Translations under genes and position numbers: made by a program
Shown: positions 25,073 to 39,530 of the stretch, in pieces
Layout of the letters: each line of letters opens with the position of its first letter
Numbering within the stretch: the first letter of the stretch is position 1
From: the human T2T-CHM13v2.0 reference genome, Homo sapiens
Assembly: GCF_009914755.1 (NCBI RefSeq)
Contig: NC_060931.1
DNA length: 64,000 bases
Reading direction: 5' to 3' (one strand)
Notes under the pieces: model-generated
Databases searched by the model: none
What the model was told of the DNA's origin: nothing
The model's input: only the letters and a program-made list of their open reading frames with translations

Positions 25073-26950
25073 GAGATAGGTGCATAAGAATATGAAAAGA
25101 ACGAATAGATGCATAAATTAAACATTTGAGGAGAATAAATTTCAACTTACTTCAATTAAAGTGTAAAGCTGAGTTATAAAATGTAATTCTTAGAGAATAT
25201 ACAGTTTCTTTATTTTTGTCTATAGCTGATCTGCTCTCCTTCAAGAGGCCCCATCTGTGGTTTCTTGGGAGAAGCATTAACTCATGGTCCAATCCAATTT
25301 AAAACTTAGTCCAAAATAACAAGTGAAAAAATATATTTTGGTAATATTCAGTAACTCCAGGAAGCTGTTTTCAATCTCTCAGATTTCTCACCCTTTTGTA
25401 CCACCTCCCAGGTTCTTCTCCAATACAGCAAGTGGGTGTGGGATAAGGGTGACAGGGATAGGGGAGGTTCCTTTAGTGAAGAAGTCTGGATCCTCCAGTC
25501 TCCCATTAATGTTTCCAATTGCCTGTTTTCTGGGTGCTCTGTGGTCCTTCAACACTGGAATCTGAGCAAGGAAATTGTGAACCATTCTTTCAGGCTCTAC
25601 AATGTGCCAGTATTATTCCCCTAGCAGGTTCAGCTTCACATTCACTCATATCATTGCTATAAATACTAAGCTGAGTACCAGCCTAGGTGGTCCAGCACAG
25701 AAACACTCTACTACACTGCCAAGTTTTGGCAAGCTGCCAGTCAGACTCTTAGCTACCCTGGGGCCTATAATACACAGGAAAGGGTAAGAGTGAATTGGAA
25801 ATATAAAATTTCAGGCTGTGCTTTTAAAATTTTAACACTCAGCTGCTACGGCTGAGTCCAAGCCAGGATGATACAAGGAAAAGTATGAGAGGGCCTGCAT
25901 ACCCAGGGTCTCAAATGAGGATAGGGTTGGGGGACAGGGGCAAAATCTCATTCTGCTCTCAGTGATATCTTTACTCACAGAAAGAATGAATCTGTTCATC
26001 ACATTCTCCCGTCTCTGTTTATCCTGCAACATTTCTACAGGACCGGAAAGGGACAGGCTTTTTCTCTATCCTCTTTCTATCTAGAACCCTTATGGAAAAG
26101 TCTATGGATGAGGCTCCCAAGTCTATGCTAACAATAGATATAATGGAATTTGAACACTGAATTCCCAATCACTGAAAAACCAATTAACTTACTGAAAATT
26201 CTGTTCTTAAATACTTAATATTACTTCAGTCTTCTTCAGGAAGAAGTCTTAATCTACATCAAACTAGAAGGATCTCTTCAATGGAATGTAGTCCAGAAAG
26301 GCAAAAGAGAAAGCCACGTAAATTATGTTCAACGTACAGATTCTATCACACTTTCAGTTTGCTAGAAAGATAGACATAAATGATTGATTCTGTCTTTAAA
26401 ATGCTTTCTGGAAGAAATAACATTTGAGTTTAACCTAGAAGGAAGAAATAAATATTTGTTAAAATATTTTAGGAGTGGCTCATTTGCAAAATGCACCACC
26501 AGTGGTTCCTTTCCAAACTGGACATATTTTATATCATTGGATAATAAACAGCCACACCAACAGGAAAACCTGAGACTTACGGATCACACCCAATAAATAC
26601 AAAATAGTTAAAACTGTTTCATTAGTTCACAAATACTATAAAGAACCTATTGCATCCTAGGAATTATGCCAAGTGTTATCAAAAAGAAAAGTTACACTCT
26701 CTGCTGTCAAGCAATACACAAGCCTATTATTGAAGATGTTTAGCTTTCAGTGGGACAAACATATTTCAGAAGAAATGTGGAGTTGTCATCACCAAGTAGT
26801 GTTAAAAATAATTTTCCAAATGATGAAAGTTAAACATTTCTTAGCAAAATCAGGACTAATCCTTGTATTAGTGTCCCATCTATCCAGCTGTACAGGGTCG
26901 CAGAAGCAGCACAGACAGCAACTTGCTTGCATTTCGTAAGAAGAAAGACA

Positions 26951-27219
26951 GGCCGGGCGCAGTGGCTCACGCCTCTAATCCCAGCGCTTTGGGACGCCGA
27001 GGCGGTTGGATCACGAGATCAGGAGATTGAGACCATCCTGGCTAACTCGGTGAAACCCCGTCTCTACTAAAACATACAAAAAAATTAGTCGGGCTTGGTG
27101 GCGGGTGCCTGTAGTCCCAGCTACTCGGGAGGCTGAGGCAGGAGAATGGCGCGAACCCGGGAGCTGGAAGTTGCAGTGGGCGGAGATTGCTCGACAAAAA
27201 AAAAAAAAAGAAGAAGAAG
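26951..27219 (+). mobile_element. AluY with a deletion near the 3' end and A/(GAA)n tail
   Basis: Y diagnostics GACCATCCTGGCTAAC and GAGAATGGCG; TSD AAGAAGAAAGA at 26938 and 27220. Confidence 0.95.
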
Positions 27220-27519
27220 AAGAAGAAAGATGCCAGAAAGGGTGACCAAATATATCTATAGGAAAGTTCATTGAAACATTATATAAAGAATAGGATATAT
27301 GTTGGTACAAAGATGATTATTGTAAATATATTTAGGAAGATCAATGAGACTTAATTGCCTGTCCAATAGGTATGTTTAAGTTTATAAGAAAGAATTTACC
27401 TCCTCATTATTCTTAAATTTTATAGCACTTTAAGAAAAGTTCACAAAATGTAATTCTGAAAATATATAAGCGTAGAATCATGATTTATAGAGTAAGGAAT
27501 CTTTTTTATTTCTTTAACC

Positions 27520-27642
27520 CAGAGGTCCGCAACTTTTTTGGCACCAGAGACCAGTTCCGTGGAAGACAATTTTTCCATATATGGACAAGGGACAAGATGG
27601 TAATAGTTTCGGGATGAAATTGTTCCACCTCAGATCATCAGG
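27520..27642 (-). mobile_element. MER1B (hAT-Charlie) terminal fragment
   Basis: Reverse complement of the 3' third of the MER1B at 46442-46780 (TTTTTGGCACCAG...CCACCTCAGATCATCAGG). Confidence 0.88.
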
Positions 27643-27872
27643 TGAAGGGGATGCAAGGCATGTCTTACATGGTGGCAGGAAAGAGAGAGCACAGGGGAAA
27701 CTGCCACTTTTAAAACCATCAGATCTCGTGAGAACTTCCTCACTATCATGAGAACAGCATGGGTGAAACCACCCTTGTGATCCAGTCACCTCCCACCAGG
27801 GTCCTCCCTCAATACTCAATATGTGGAAATTACAATGAGATTTGGGTGGGGACACAGAGCCAAACCATATCA
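27643..27872 (-). mobile_element. THE1D/MSTA-type LTR, partial
   Basis: Ends TTTGGGTGGGGACACAGAGCCAAACCATATCA, like the LTRs at 14996 and 16946. Confidence 0.9.
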
Positions 27873-27887
27873 CAGAGGGATCACAAC

Positions 27888-28433
27888 TGTATCATTCAGG
27901 GTTCCCTAGAGGGACAGGACTAGTAGGATAGATGTACATATGAAGGGAAGTTTATTAAGGAGTGTTGACTCACATGATCACAAGATGAAGTCCCACAATA
28001 GGCCTTCTGTAAACTGAGGAGCAAGGAAGCCAGTTCGAGTCTCAAAATCTCAAAAGCAGGGAAGCCAACAGTGCAGCCTTCAGTCTGTGGCTGAAGGCCC
28101 GGTAGCCCCTGGCAAACAACTGGTGTAAGTCCAAGAGTCCAAAAACTGAAGAACTTGGAGTCTGATGTTCGAGGGCAGGGAGCATCCAGCACGAGAGAAA
28201 GATGAAGTCCGGAAGACTCAGCCAGTCAAATCCTTCCAACTTCTGCCAGCTTTATTCTAGACATGCTGGCAACTGAATAGATGGTGTCCACCCAAATTGA
28301 GGATGGGTCTGCCTCTCTCAGTCCACTGACTCAAGTGTTAATCTCCTTTGGCAATACCCTCACAGATGCACCCAGGAACAATACTTTACATCCTTCAATC
28401 CAATCAAGTTGACACTCAATATTAACTATCACA
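27888..28433 (-). mobile_element. MLT2A-type (HERV-L) solo LTR
   Basis: CAGGGTTCCCTAGAGGGACAG...GAACTTGGAGTCTGATGTTCGAGGGCAGG...CAATCAAGTTGACACTCAATATTAAC. Confidence 0.92.
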
Positions 28434-29789
28434 ATGGCTGTACTTATAGTCTTCATGACTTATCATACTGTCCACTAATGCCAATAAAAGTAGGACTTTC
28501 TTTAAACACATCTTGAATGTGTATACAGCAATGTCTTGACGAAAGTAGAGTTCAGTACATGTATACTTTGAACATAGAAAGGTGGCTTCAAAATTATACA
28601 TAAATAGATGTTAAGGGCAGCAATCTGGCTAAGCCAGGAAACTTGTCAGGAAGCTACATTTGCAGAGCAAGTGTACTGCTCTTATTTAGATTGTATATTA
28701 TATTCAATAAAATGGCAATATTTTGTAGGATTTTATTTAGCCTTTATATAAGTATGGCAAAGCATAAGTCCTTCACATGAAAAAATATTATTTTTATTAG
28801 GATATAGTTATAAATATTGCTGGTAATTAACATAAATTCTGTCTCTTCCAAGCCATTCTGTGGTAATGCCTCTGTAGACACATAAAATCACATGTAGATA
28901 GCTCTCATGTCTCTCTTTCTTACTCTAACCCTTCCCTAAACTTGAGTTATATATTTACCTTCATTCTCAAAGGCAAATTAAAACTACTATGTCCAAAATT
29001 ATATCTGTAATTTACCACACTGTCCCCAAAGGTTTTTCTCTTCAACATTTTCTGTTTCAGTTGATGGTACTACCAGCTAGCCAGTCAACAGACTATGTTC
29101 ATTATTAACGCTTTCTTTGTCCCCACCTTCAATTATTAATACCTCTGAATGGCATCCATTCAGCCATTCAGACCAGAAGTGTGGGGTGGGCTAATGTCCA
29201 ATATCCCATCTATTTAGCTAGTAAGGAAGTGTTAGTAGCGCTGGAGACAGTTCTTCCTCACCTCTGAGCCAATCAATCACCGAGGCCTGTAGATGTTACC
29301 ACCTGAAAAGTATCTTGGTTGTATTCTCTCAGGTGGTGAAGGAGTAAGTTCAAACTGGGCTTTGTGTAAACCTGAAGAGTTGGGAAATTAATTAAATAGG
29401 AAAATAGAGTGTTGGTAATAGGGATAGTTTGCAGCATGCAAAGGCAGAATGGGGATGCCGCCCAAATAACCAAAATGGAAATAATATTGAGGAGCAATAA
29501 GATCCTGGAAGTGGTTCATCAGGCAAATGCTATGTCCCTCAAATTAGGTATAAGACCTGAATGAGTCATGAATAGAAGACAACAATGTTAAGCCTCTGTG
29601 CTATAAGCCTAGGATCTTACAACTGTCCTCTCACTAAGGACAAGATTAGTTAAAGGATCAGAGGCAGTACTAAACAAACATCTATACATATACATACATA
29701 CATACATTCAAAAATAAGCAAACAAATCAGCCATATATAGCAATATAAAAAATAGCAATAGCCATCAGCTATTTGTCTTCTTCAGTGCA

Positions 29790-30010
29790 CAAATTCTGAA
29801 ATCCAACTTCTTAAGTTCTAATTTAAGCTCCACCATATAATGTATAATCTTGGACAAGTAAGCTACTCTGACTCTCATCTGTAAAACAAAAATAATAGCA
29901 CCATCTATACCATAGGATTGTTGAAAGGCTTCAGTGAGATAACTCCAGGAGCTTTTGGAACAAAATTTTAGCACATAATTATCACTCAATAAAGAAAATA
30001 TTTTATTATT
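29790..30010 (+). mobile_element. MIR
   Basis: CTTGGACAAGT...CTCATCTGTAAAACAAAAATAATAG...CATAGGATTGTTG...CACTCAATAAA. Confidence 0.75.
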
Positions 30011-30590
30011 ACCATTATTACTTGTTGAAACACAATGTAACATAACGTTTAACTGGAACTGATTTCTTCTAAAATACCAATCTATATTTTTTTTTCTGTC
30101 ATCACTATATAGATGACAATCTAATCTGCAGTTTAGGTCCAAAGAGCTCACCTTTGCCTTACTTACTTTTGTTTCCTATTTGGACATCTCCACTTAAATG
30201 GCCTTTTTTACATTTTGCAAACCTATGACTTAATACATCATCTTCTCTTAGTTACTTTATGCAGCAATATCATCAACAAATAGTGGTGAGCCTTGAATGA
30301 AGAGACTCCAAACGGATGCAAGACAGTTTTCCTCCCTTTAAGGTAAGTATAACTCTATTCTTCTCAACTATGTTATAAACTCCTTAAGAATTTAGAACAC
30401 TTTTTTTTTTTTACTATTGTAAGGCTGGGTATCTCATCATATATGAAATTTATATGTTGGGGTTGGGGAAGGAAAGATGGTTCTCTCATTTTCTCAACAA
30501 GAGTGTTGCCAGAAAAATACTTTTGTATTCATGACCAAGTCTTCCTACCTAGAACCTCCCTTAAGAGATAAATTATCATGGAGTCCTTAA

Positions 30591-30922
<332 letters not shown>

Positions 30923-31804
30923 TATTTGAAACTTTTAAAAGGAAAAGTTACCTTCCTCCAAGAGGTTTGTACCCAGATAGGTATCAGTCTAGAACCATCC
31001 TTAACCCAACATTCCTCGGATCAAGTAGCATGCTGGAAATACTGACAAAGCTGAGATAAAGGGCTCCAGATCTCCTGGAAGGAAATGGAATTGTCTTGAC
31101 TTTAAGAAGCTCAGCAGACAACTGGAGCAGCTGATAGTGGTGCTGCAGTAGAGCTGTCCATTGCTCAGTTTGAAGATGGCCAAGCATCAGAGCAGTATCA
31201 GCATACAGTAAGAGGCAATGACAGTGTCCTCATCAGGCACCTCCACCCCACACACATCCCCACCTCCTGTGCATATGAAGCACAGTGGTAGTCAATGGGG
31301 AGGAGTGATGGGCTGTGAGGGAAGGAAAAGATAGTGCCTGAATCCAGGTGATAGAGGAAGACCTAATCCAAGGCAAGGGTGATGGGAATCATTACAGCTT
31401 GGCAGTTATAGACTGATTTTTCACAAAAAGTAAAGGACCTGAAAATCAAAGATATTGATGGTGAAAGAGTGGAAGGGTAACAAAAGTTGACGAAGAAATC
31501 CATTTCCAGACATGGAGAAACCAAGAGTCAAATGATAAATAGAGGGATATAGAGGTATGGGCCAAAGAGAGAGATGAGATTTTTAGGAGAGTGCCTGTAG
31601 ATAATAGTGCTTTTAGTAAAGCACCAGATACCTGGGTAGCAAAGTGAGTGGTGAGATAATGCAAGCACTGCTGTCTGTATGCTTATTTGAAGATGTGATG
31701 CAAGGAAAGACTGGCATTAGCAAAATTATTAAAGAAGTTATTTCAGTGTTTCAACATTCATTTTGAAATTTCTATTTCCTTACACCATCATGAGATTATC
31801 AAAT

Positions 31805-31901
31805 GCCTTTGACTGTTTCCTCTGCTTGAAAGATCTTCCCTCAGATGTTTCATTTTCTGGTTTCCTTCAGCCTTTCCCATGAGATAACCCTCCTTTCCGG
31901 G

Positions 31902-31953
<52 letters not shown>

Positions 31954-32175
31954 TTTATCCCCTACTTCGCATTATTTTTCTCCTTAACACATGCCAATAT
32001 TTAATATACTATATGCATTTTATCATTTATCATTGTTTATTGTCTATCTTTCCCATAGAATTTAAGCTCTATGAGGACTGGGATTTTTGTCTGTCTTACT
32101 AACTACTCTATCCTCAGCACCAAGGATCAGTGCCTGATGCATTATATGGGTTCTATAAATATTTGTTGAATGGCT
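31805..32175 (+). mobile_element. L2 3' end containing a (CA)n tract
   Basis: TAGAATTTAAGCTCTATGAGG...CAGTGCCTG...TAAATATTTGTTGAATG terminal L2 motif. Confidence 0.75.
31904..31951. repeat. (CA)n microsatellite
   Basis: About 24 perfect units. Confidence 0.98.
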
Positions 32176-34559
32176 AATTCAATTACTAGATATGCTGTTT
32201 ATCATTTCAAAAGGCTGGACTCCTTTACCAGAGATTTTCATGCTCCCAAGCCACCACTGGGGAATTCCATCCAGTGACTCTTGTCTTAAATGATTCCTGA
32301 TATACTTCCCTGCTACACTGAAAATGACCTGCCCTGTGTTCCTTTCTCTCGAAATTTTTCTAGATGATTAGGAATTATTCTGAAAATTATCTGTGTAAAT
32401 ATAGATGGCTAAAATTAATGTATAGCATAAAGCAGACACTATTTTCCATTGTGGGGGCCCTCAGTGACTCATCCCAAATAATAAAAAATGTGAAAATTTC
32501 AAGAAATGTGACAGTCATGTGAAGGAAAATTTTAGGGCCAGAGAGTGCCAAACATACACTGTAGAAAGCTGACTTTGCCTTCTATGTCTAGGTTAAACCC
32601 TAGGTCTTAGAATGTATCACCTTGGCATAAAACTGATGTATTGTAAAAATGAAGATCAGTACATTCAATAGCCATTTACTAAAATGGGCAATTCATTTAG
32701 GAAATACTTTACAGCACAGCTATGGGCTTTTTAGCCAAGACATTTTTACTCAACTATTTTTACTCAACATTTTTACTCAATTTCCGTTTGTTTAGTCCAC
32801 ATGGAAGAGAGAGTAGCTAGTTCTTGTTATCCATCTTTCTCACAGTAATAGTGTGAAGGTTTAATAAAGGACAATACAAAACTTTTACAAGTATAAACTG
32901 CTAAAGAACTAATGATAGCTTTATTCTTAAGTGCTTCCATGTCACCTTGTTATTTCTTGCTTGTCATTCACTAATTAAATGCCAGTTTCAAATAGCTACA
33001 TGGCTAAAAGTGTTATTTGACATAATCTAAAATAGAATCTAAGTACAACCAATTGTGCTTGGATACTGATCCTGGTTGTCCTCCCATCCCTCACCTTCAG
33101 CACAGTCTCTCTAGTCTTCCTTTTATCTTTCCCTCCCTTCTACCACACATCTGTCAATTCGCATCTCATTCCTCACCATCCCAAAGAATAAGTCACTGCT
33201 CGCCACTCTCCATCTGTGCTTATTTAACATTACTGGTTTCATTCCCATTGTCCTATTGTTGTACCTTGTCACCTACAGATTTCACACTGGGTTGGTTTTT
33301 TTGGTTTTCATTTTATTTTAACACTGTGAATTGCATTATGGAAGATAAATAGACCAGAACCAGGAACCAGTGTTAAATGAACTCACTGTGTATAAAGTGT
33401 ATGGTGAAAAGATAGTAAGAGGTGAAGCTTGATAACAAGGGTAACTCACGGTCAAAATTTACTAGTGGTAGATTACATTCACCCACACTAGTAGCTAATG
33501 TATAATTTTGCCAATGGAAAAACATTAATTTGCAGAATAAGCGTTTTAGTAGAATGGGTAATTCATGACATTAACCTACTCCGATTATTCCCTCATTTTA
33601 TCTCAAACAGCATTAAAACCATGATCGATGTTTTTTGAGAAAGATTCCATAAAATTAAAAAAAACCCAGAAAATTTATTATAACAAATGACACTTGTCTG
33701 TTACTTTCCACAACATTACTTTAAGGCAAATGACTAAGTTACAGAGAAGTCTGATGCCCTGCTTGAGTTTGCAAAGGTAGTCAATAGCCTTCAGTACTCA
33801 AACTGTGGTATTTGGAATTCATACCCAGTGATTCTTTTACTCTGTTATATTGATGTCTAAATCTGTATGTTTTCTGACTTGTGTTCCAAGAAAAAAAAAT
33901 CATATTGTGTATTAGAAAGTTGATATTAATTTCCTCCCTTTTGGATAAACACTTGCCTGATGCATTACTATAGTATATGAGTACAGTGCAGGTCATCTGC
34001 ATTTCAGGTAAATTCCTTGGAATAAATACAGACTAACCAAGCTATTTCCTTTACACATAAAACAGGCGCATTGATGAGATTATATTCAATTTTGTACAAA
34101 ATTTAAATACTTTTTCTGGTGCAACTTTCATAGTTGTCACAGAGAACAAGCATCACTGCATGCTGTTCATATTAGACACAGAAATAGAAGCAGACATAAC
34201 CTGAAGCTGAATTCTTTATACTCTCTGTGTCCTAAAAATCAAGTGTCAGTTTATCATTAGTTTTTCTCAATAATCCCCCTTAAGACTTCTCAAACACCTT
34301 AAGAAAACCAATCTAAATCCCCACGTTTTAATCAAAACAATTCCTCAAAGAATTCTAAGAAATGTGATTTGTGAAATATGAACTAATTGTTATGCCCCTT
34401 TTCCTATACTGTTTTCACAAGAGGCTGTATGCCAGCTCCACTTATTATCTGAATTCTGCACAATATATGTTCTAGTAGCTATTCAAAGGGAATCAAATTT
34501 AATTCGAATTTAATTTTCACTATTTGAATATTCCAAAGCACTTGTTTTACATACAGAAC

Positions 34560-34562
<3 letters not shown>

Positions 34563-34610
<48 letters not shown>

Positions 34611-34686
34611 GAGAGAGAGAGATCTATACACAGCACTATGTAATCCCAGCACTCTGGGTGAGGCAGATATATATATACACACACAT

Positions 34687-34720
<34 letters not shown>
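34563..34720. repeat. Compound (TA)n/(GA)n microsatellite with an embedded 28-bp Alu piece
   Basis: Directly visible. Confidence 0.95.
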
Positions 34721-34726
<6 letters not shown>

Positions 34727-35012
34727 TCTCACTCTGTCGCCCAGGCTGGAGTGCAGTTGCAGTGGTGTGATCTCAGATCTCGGCTCACAACAACTTCCAC
34801 CTCCCAGGTTCAAGCGATTCTCCAGCCTCAGCCTCCCGAGTAGCTGAGACTAAAGGCACACACAACCGTGTCTGTCTAATTTTTGTATTTTTAGTAGAGA
34901 CAGGGTTTCACCATATTGGCCAGGCTGGTCTTGAACTCCTGACCTCAAGTTATCCACCTGTCTCAGCCTCCCAAAGTGCTAGGATTACAGGCGTGAGCCA
35001 CCGTGCCTGGCC
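34715..35012 (-). mobile_element. AluS (Sx-like)
   Basis: Full Alu on minus; internal micro-duplications TGCAGT and GATCTC. Confidence 0.94.
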
Positions 35013-35436
35013 CACATATATTGTTAAGAAAAAGCTAGACTCTAAAAATCGTAGTAAATATGTTTGAAGATTCTTAAGACATCTTATCAACTTTGTTTAC
35101 AAACACCAGATTTTTTTTTTTTGCCTTATATAGGGATATTTTAGGGGTGTTTCTGTATGCCCAGTATTCACTATGCATTACTAATAGAATTATTATTATT
35201 TGGGGAAATTACATCCTTCCCATTTTCTCTCTATTCTTGGAGGCCCATGAAATCCTGAAGCCTACCTCTCACTAAGAAGTCTAAGGGGGAGGATATTTCC
35301 TTTCAATGTCCCCATACCACAAAAAGGAGGACACATGACCTAAATTTGGCCTGAAAACTGAAAAGTTTTAATCTTAGGCAAGTACAGAGAAAAACGAATA
35401 AATTGTTAGAATTTCATTTCTCCCAGAGTCAATCTG

Positions 35437-36110
<674 letters not shown>

Positions 36111-37909
36111 GCTTGTGTTGACCAGTCTGCTCTGCTCCCTAGAGTTTTTTCCCAGCTTCCTTCCTTTAATTCCTCTGCTACTACCTCAGTTTTTGCACCT
36201 CACAAGCCCAGTCTACAAGTCATCTCACCCATTCTGTTATGGTCCTTCTTCTTGGACTACTTCCCCTTCCTTGTAGTTAGCCAGAGTCACTGGCTTCTAT
36301 TTCTTACAGCTGATAAAGATTTGAAACACTTCCTACTGATGACATTAACTATTAATTTCTAACTGGACTCAATAGTCCTTTTTTTTTTCATTTTCTACCC
36401 TCTTTTCTGTTGTCAAATAAAAATATAAGAATGATAAGCATCTATTTACTGTCTTTTTCTTTCAGTACCACTGCTAGGTGGTACTTGTTTTCATTCAAAG
36501 GAATTTCAAGTATAAAGATAAACAGATTTTAATATCATGGTGACCTACTTTTTTAACACTTTTGATAACTTAGCAAAAAGTCGCTTCAGCAGATCTTAGT
36601 TCAAAGGAAGAATAAATTGATATCAGAGGCTGAGATTCAGAGGCTCCTCCTTTTTTAGAATGTCCATTTCTCTAGCAGAGAATTTATGCTTCACTAGATG
36701 TATCCTGCCACTGATGCCCCTTCAGCTGGGTCACTTTGTATAGTGCATGCAGCCAAACTTTGAACAGTATAAACCCACTTGCATTAGGATTGTAAGAGGT
36801 TGGTGAATGACGCATGCTCTGCTATTTGTTTGCCTGCAAGTTTTTCTCTCAATAAAATCTATTTTATATTTACACCGCATGGGGTTGGGGTCATGTGTGG
36901 TGTCCATATACTTTTTGCATAACAAATCCAATCTAATGAACTCTGAGACACAAATATAAACATGACAGAAGTCCTTATTCATAAAGAGCTCAAGTCTAGT
37001 AGGGAAAACACCACAGATACAAACTACTATGAGATGAATAACAAGGTTCAAACCATAATATCTGCAATCAGGAAGCATCTAGATATTGCTTAAACACTTC
37101 CTTTGAAGAAAGAATTTACTTTCTTGAAACAGATACTGAAGTTGCTGAAATCCATTCTTCCATAACATATCCATACTTGTTCTTGTTCCCTTTAGAACTA
37201 CAAAAAAAATCCATTGTTCTTCCAGCTAACAGCCTTTCAAATATCTGAAGATGATTATCATATTGACAACCACTCTAAATAATCTTCCATAACTTTTGTC
37301 ATTTTATAGTTACAATGTGCATGGAAAGAGGAGGAAGAAATCACTTGGGGATTGAACTATGTTTATGGAATAAGCAGCATTTGTCTACAAGTTGAAGTGC
37401 ATCTCTTTAATTGAAGGCAAAAGAAGGGTTATTCCAGATGGAGCAAGCAGAGAAAGCAAAGTGTGTATTTGGCAAAGTTAATCTAGTTTTCTGATTATAA
37501 AGATTTAAATAGTTTAGCATAGGTATTTGAGAAAGATCGGTGAGACTGTGTAGGTTAAAAACATAGACTAAAATTTGTAGTGTAGATAATTAGAAACCTT
37601 AAAACACGTTTGAATAGAAGAATGGCATGATAAAAGATATGCTTTAGTAACATTACTTTAGAAACATTACTTATAGAATGGAACCTAGAGAGAAAAGAGA
37701 ATAATTAAGGGGTTATTATGGAAATCTAAATGGGATGTAACAAATGCGTGAAATAGAAAAATGGTAGGAGGTATGATCAGAATAGGTCAAATGCAAGAGT
37801 TGTTGCAGAAATATAATCACCATTCATAGTACTATGATATCTATTTCTTTTCCTTAATATTAAGAAATCACTACATAAGATTTGTAGATAGTATACTTCT
37901 ACAAAGACA

Positions 37910-38050
37910 GGATGGTGAAGTAGAAAACAGCTTTAAAGTAAGACAGACTGTAGTTAAAATTTTGCACATACTGCTTCTTAACTGTGTGTCATTCATGTTA
38001 TTTTACCTAGGAATCACATTTGCCTCATTTGTAATATGGAGATTAAAAAA
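37910..38050 (+). mobile_element. MIR fragment
   Basis: AGACAGACTG...TAACTGTGTG...CCTCATTTGTAATATGGAGATT. Confidence 0.55.
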
Positions 38051-38094
38051 CATAGTGGTGTCTGGTACAAGACATGAAATAAATCTTAGTTCCC

Positions 38095-38385
<291 letters not shown>

Positions 38386-38536
38386 AAATACATCTTAGTT
38401 CCCTTCTTCTTTTTCTCATTTCACTTTTAAAGCTTTTTATTAAGCTGCTGTTAGGTACCAGGAAATATACTTGATGATGAAATCCCCAAAACTTTAACTC
38501 AAGTTGCCCAGAGTCTACTGTGAAAGACATACAAGT

Positions 38537-38950
38537 GTGGTAGACTAGGTTGTTCCTAATTACTCTGTTTCCTCCTATAAGAGCATTCTATCTCCCATCC
38601 CATCCCATGTCAAATGACTTGAAAGGATTCCCTGTGGGAATCCTTCCCACTCCATTGACTTTGGACTTCACCATGTCACTTGTTTTGTCCAATAGAATGT
38701 GAGCATAAGTGATGTATGCTACACCTGGGCAGAAATTTTAAGAGCCATTACATGTTTTGCTATTTCTTTTTTCCTTCTGCCAGGAAAAAGATATGTTTCA
38801 ATATGGGTTATTCTTGGAATGAAAAAAACCACACACACACAGAGCAGAGCCACAATCATCCTGCAGTTGCTACAGCCCAAATATAATGAATGAGAAATAA
38901 ACCACTGAGATTTAGGGTTCTTTTGTTGCTGTAGCATAACCAAGGAAAAC
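38537..38950 (+). mobile_element. Old MLT1 (MLT1I/J-like) LTR
   Basis: CCATGTCACTTGTTTTGTCCAATAGAATGTGAG...GAGAAATAAACCACTGAGATTTAGGG...GTAGCATAAC. Confidence 0.75.
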
Positions 38951-39309
38951 ATAATATAAAATACATAAATCATTACAAAAACACCAGGAGTTTGTGGTAA
39001 TACAGAAGAGGAACAACCAACCTGTCCGGGAGTAAATGGGTAGTAAGGGAAAGCTTTTTGGGGGGAATTATGAGACAGCGAAGGGTGGACTAAAAGGTAG
39101 AAATGGGCTGGGCAGAGAAGGCTTTCATGGAAACTGTACATTCTATGTAAAACCACAGTGCTAACAAGTGACAGAAGAAAATATGTTTGGGAAAAGGAAA
39201 ATAGTAAGGTATGATGGGAAATTGGGGTGCATGTGGAGGTAAACATGCACTCAAATCTCAATAAGACTGACCTTGACCAGTCTATTAGACCAAACCTGCC
39301 TCTTCAATC

Positions 39310-39530
39310 CCTGAACTGCTGATCAACTTTTTAATTCTATAGCATGTGTCATCTTCTAACATACTGGATAATTTACTTACATACTATATTTATCAGTTAT
39401 TATCTCTTCCACCACTGGAATATAATCTCCGTGAAGGCAGGGATCTTTGCGTATACTGTTCACTGATATGTCCCAAGCACAGAGAAGTGTGCCTAGACAC
39501 TAGAGGAGGTGATCAATAGTAGTTGCTGAA
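39310..39530 (+). mobile_element. L2 3' end
   Basis: CTGGAATATAATCTCCGTGAAGGCAGGGATCTTTG...TGTTCACTGATATGTCCCAAGCAC. Confidence 0.75.

Noticed and set aside
25388-25585. 65-aa minus-strand ORF ending at a GGTGAGA donor-like site
   Set aside because: No recognisable homology and no convincing acceptor; not supportable without transcript data.
33950-34015. Possible pre-miRNA hairpin (TTGCCTGA...TCAGGTAA)
   Set aside because: The stem is short and interrupted, within chance expectation.
38719-39261. 180-aa minus-strand ORF
   Set aside because: It overlaps an MLT1 LTR, has no recognisable domain and looks like a chance ORF.
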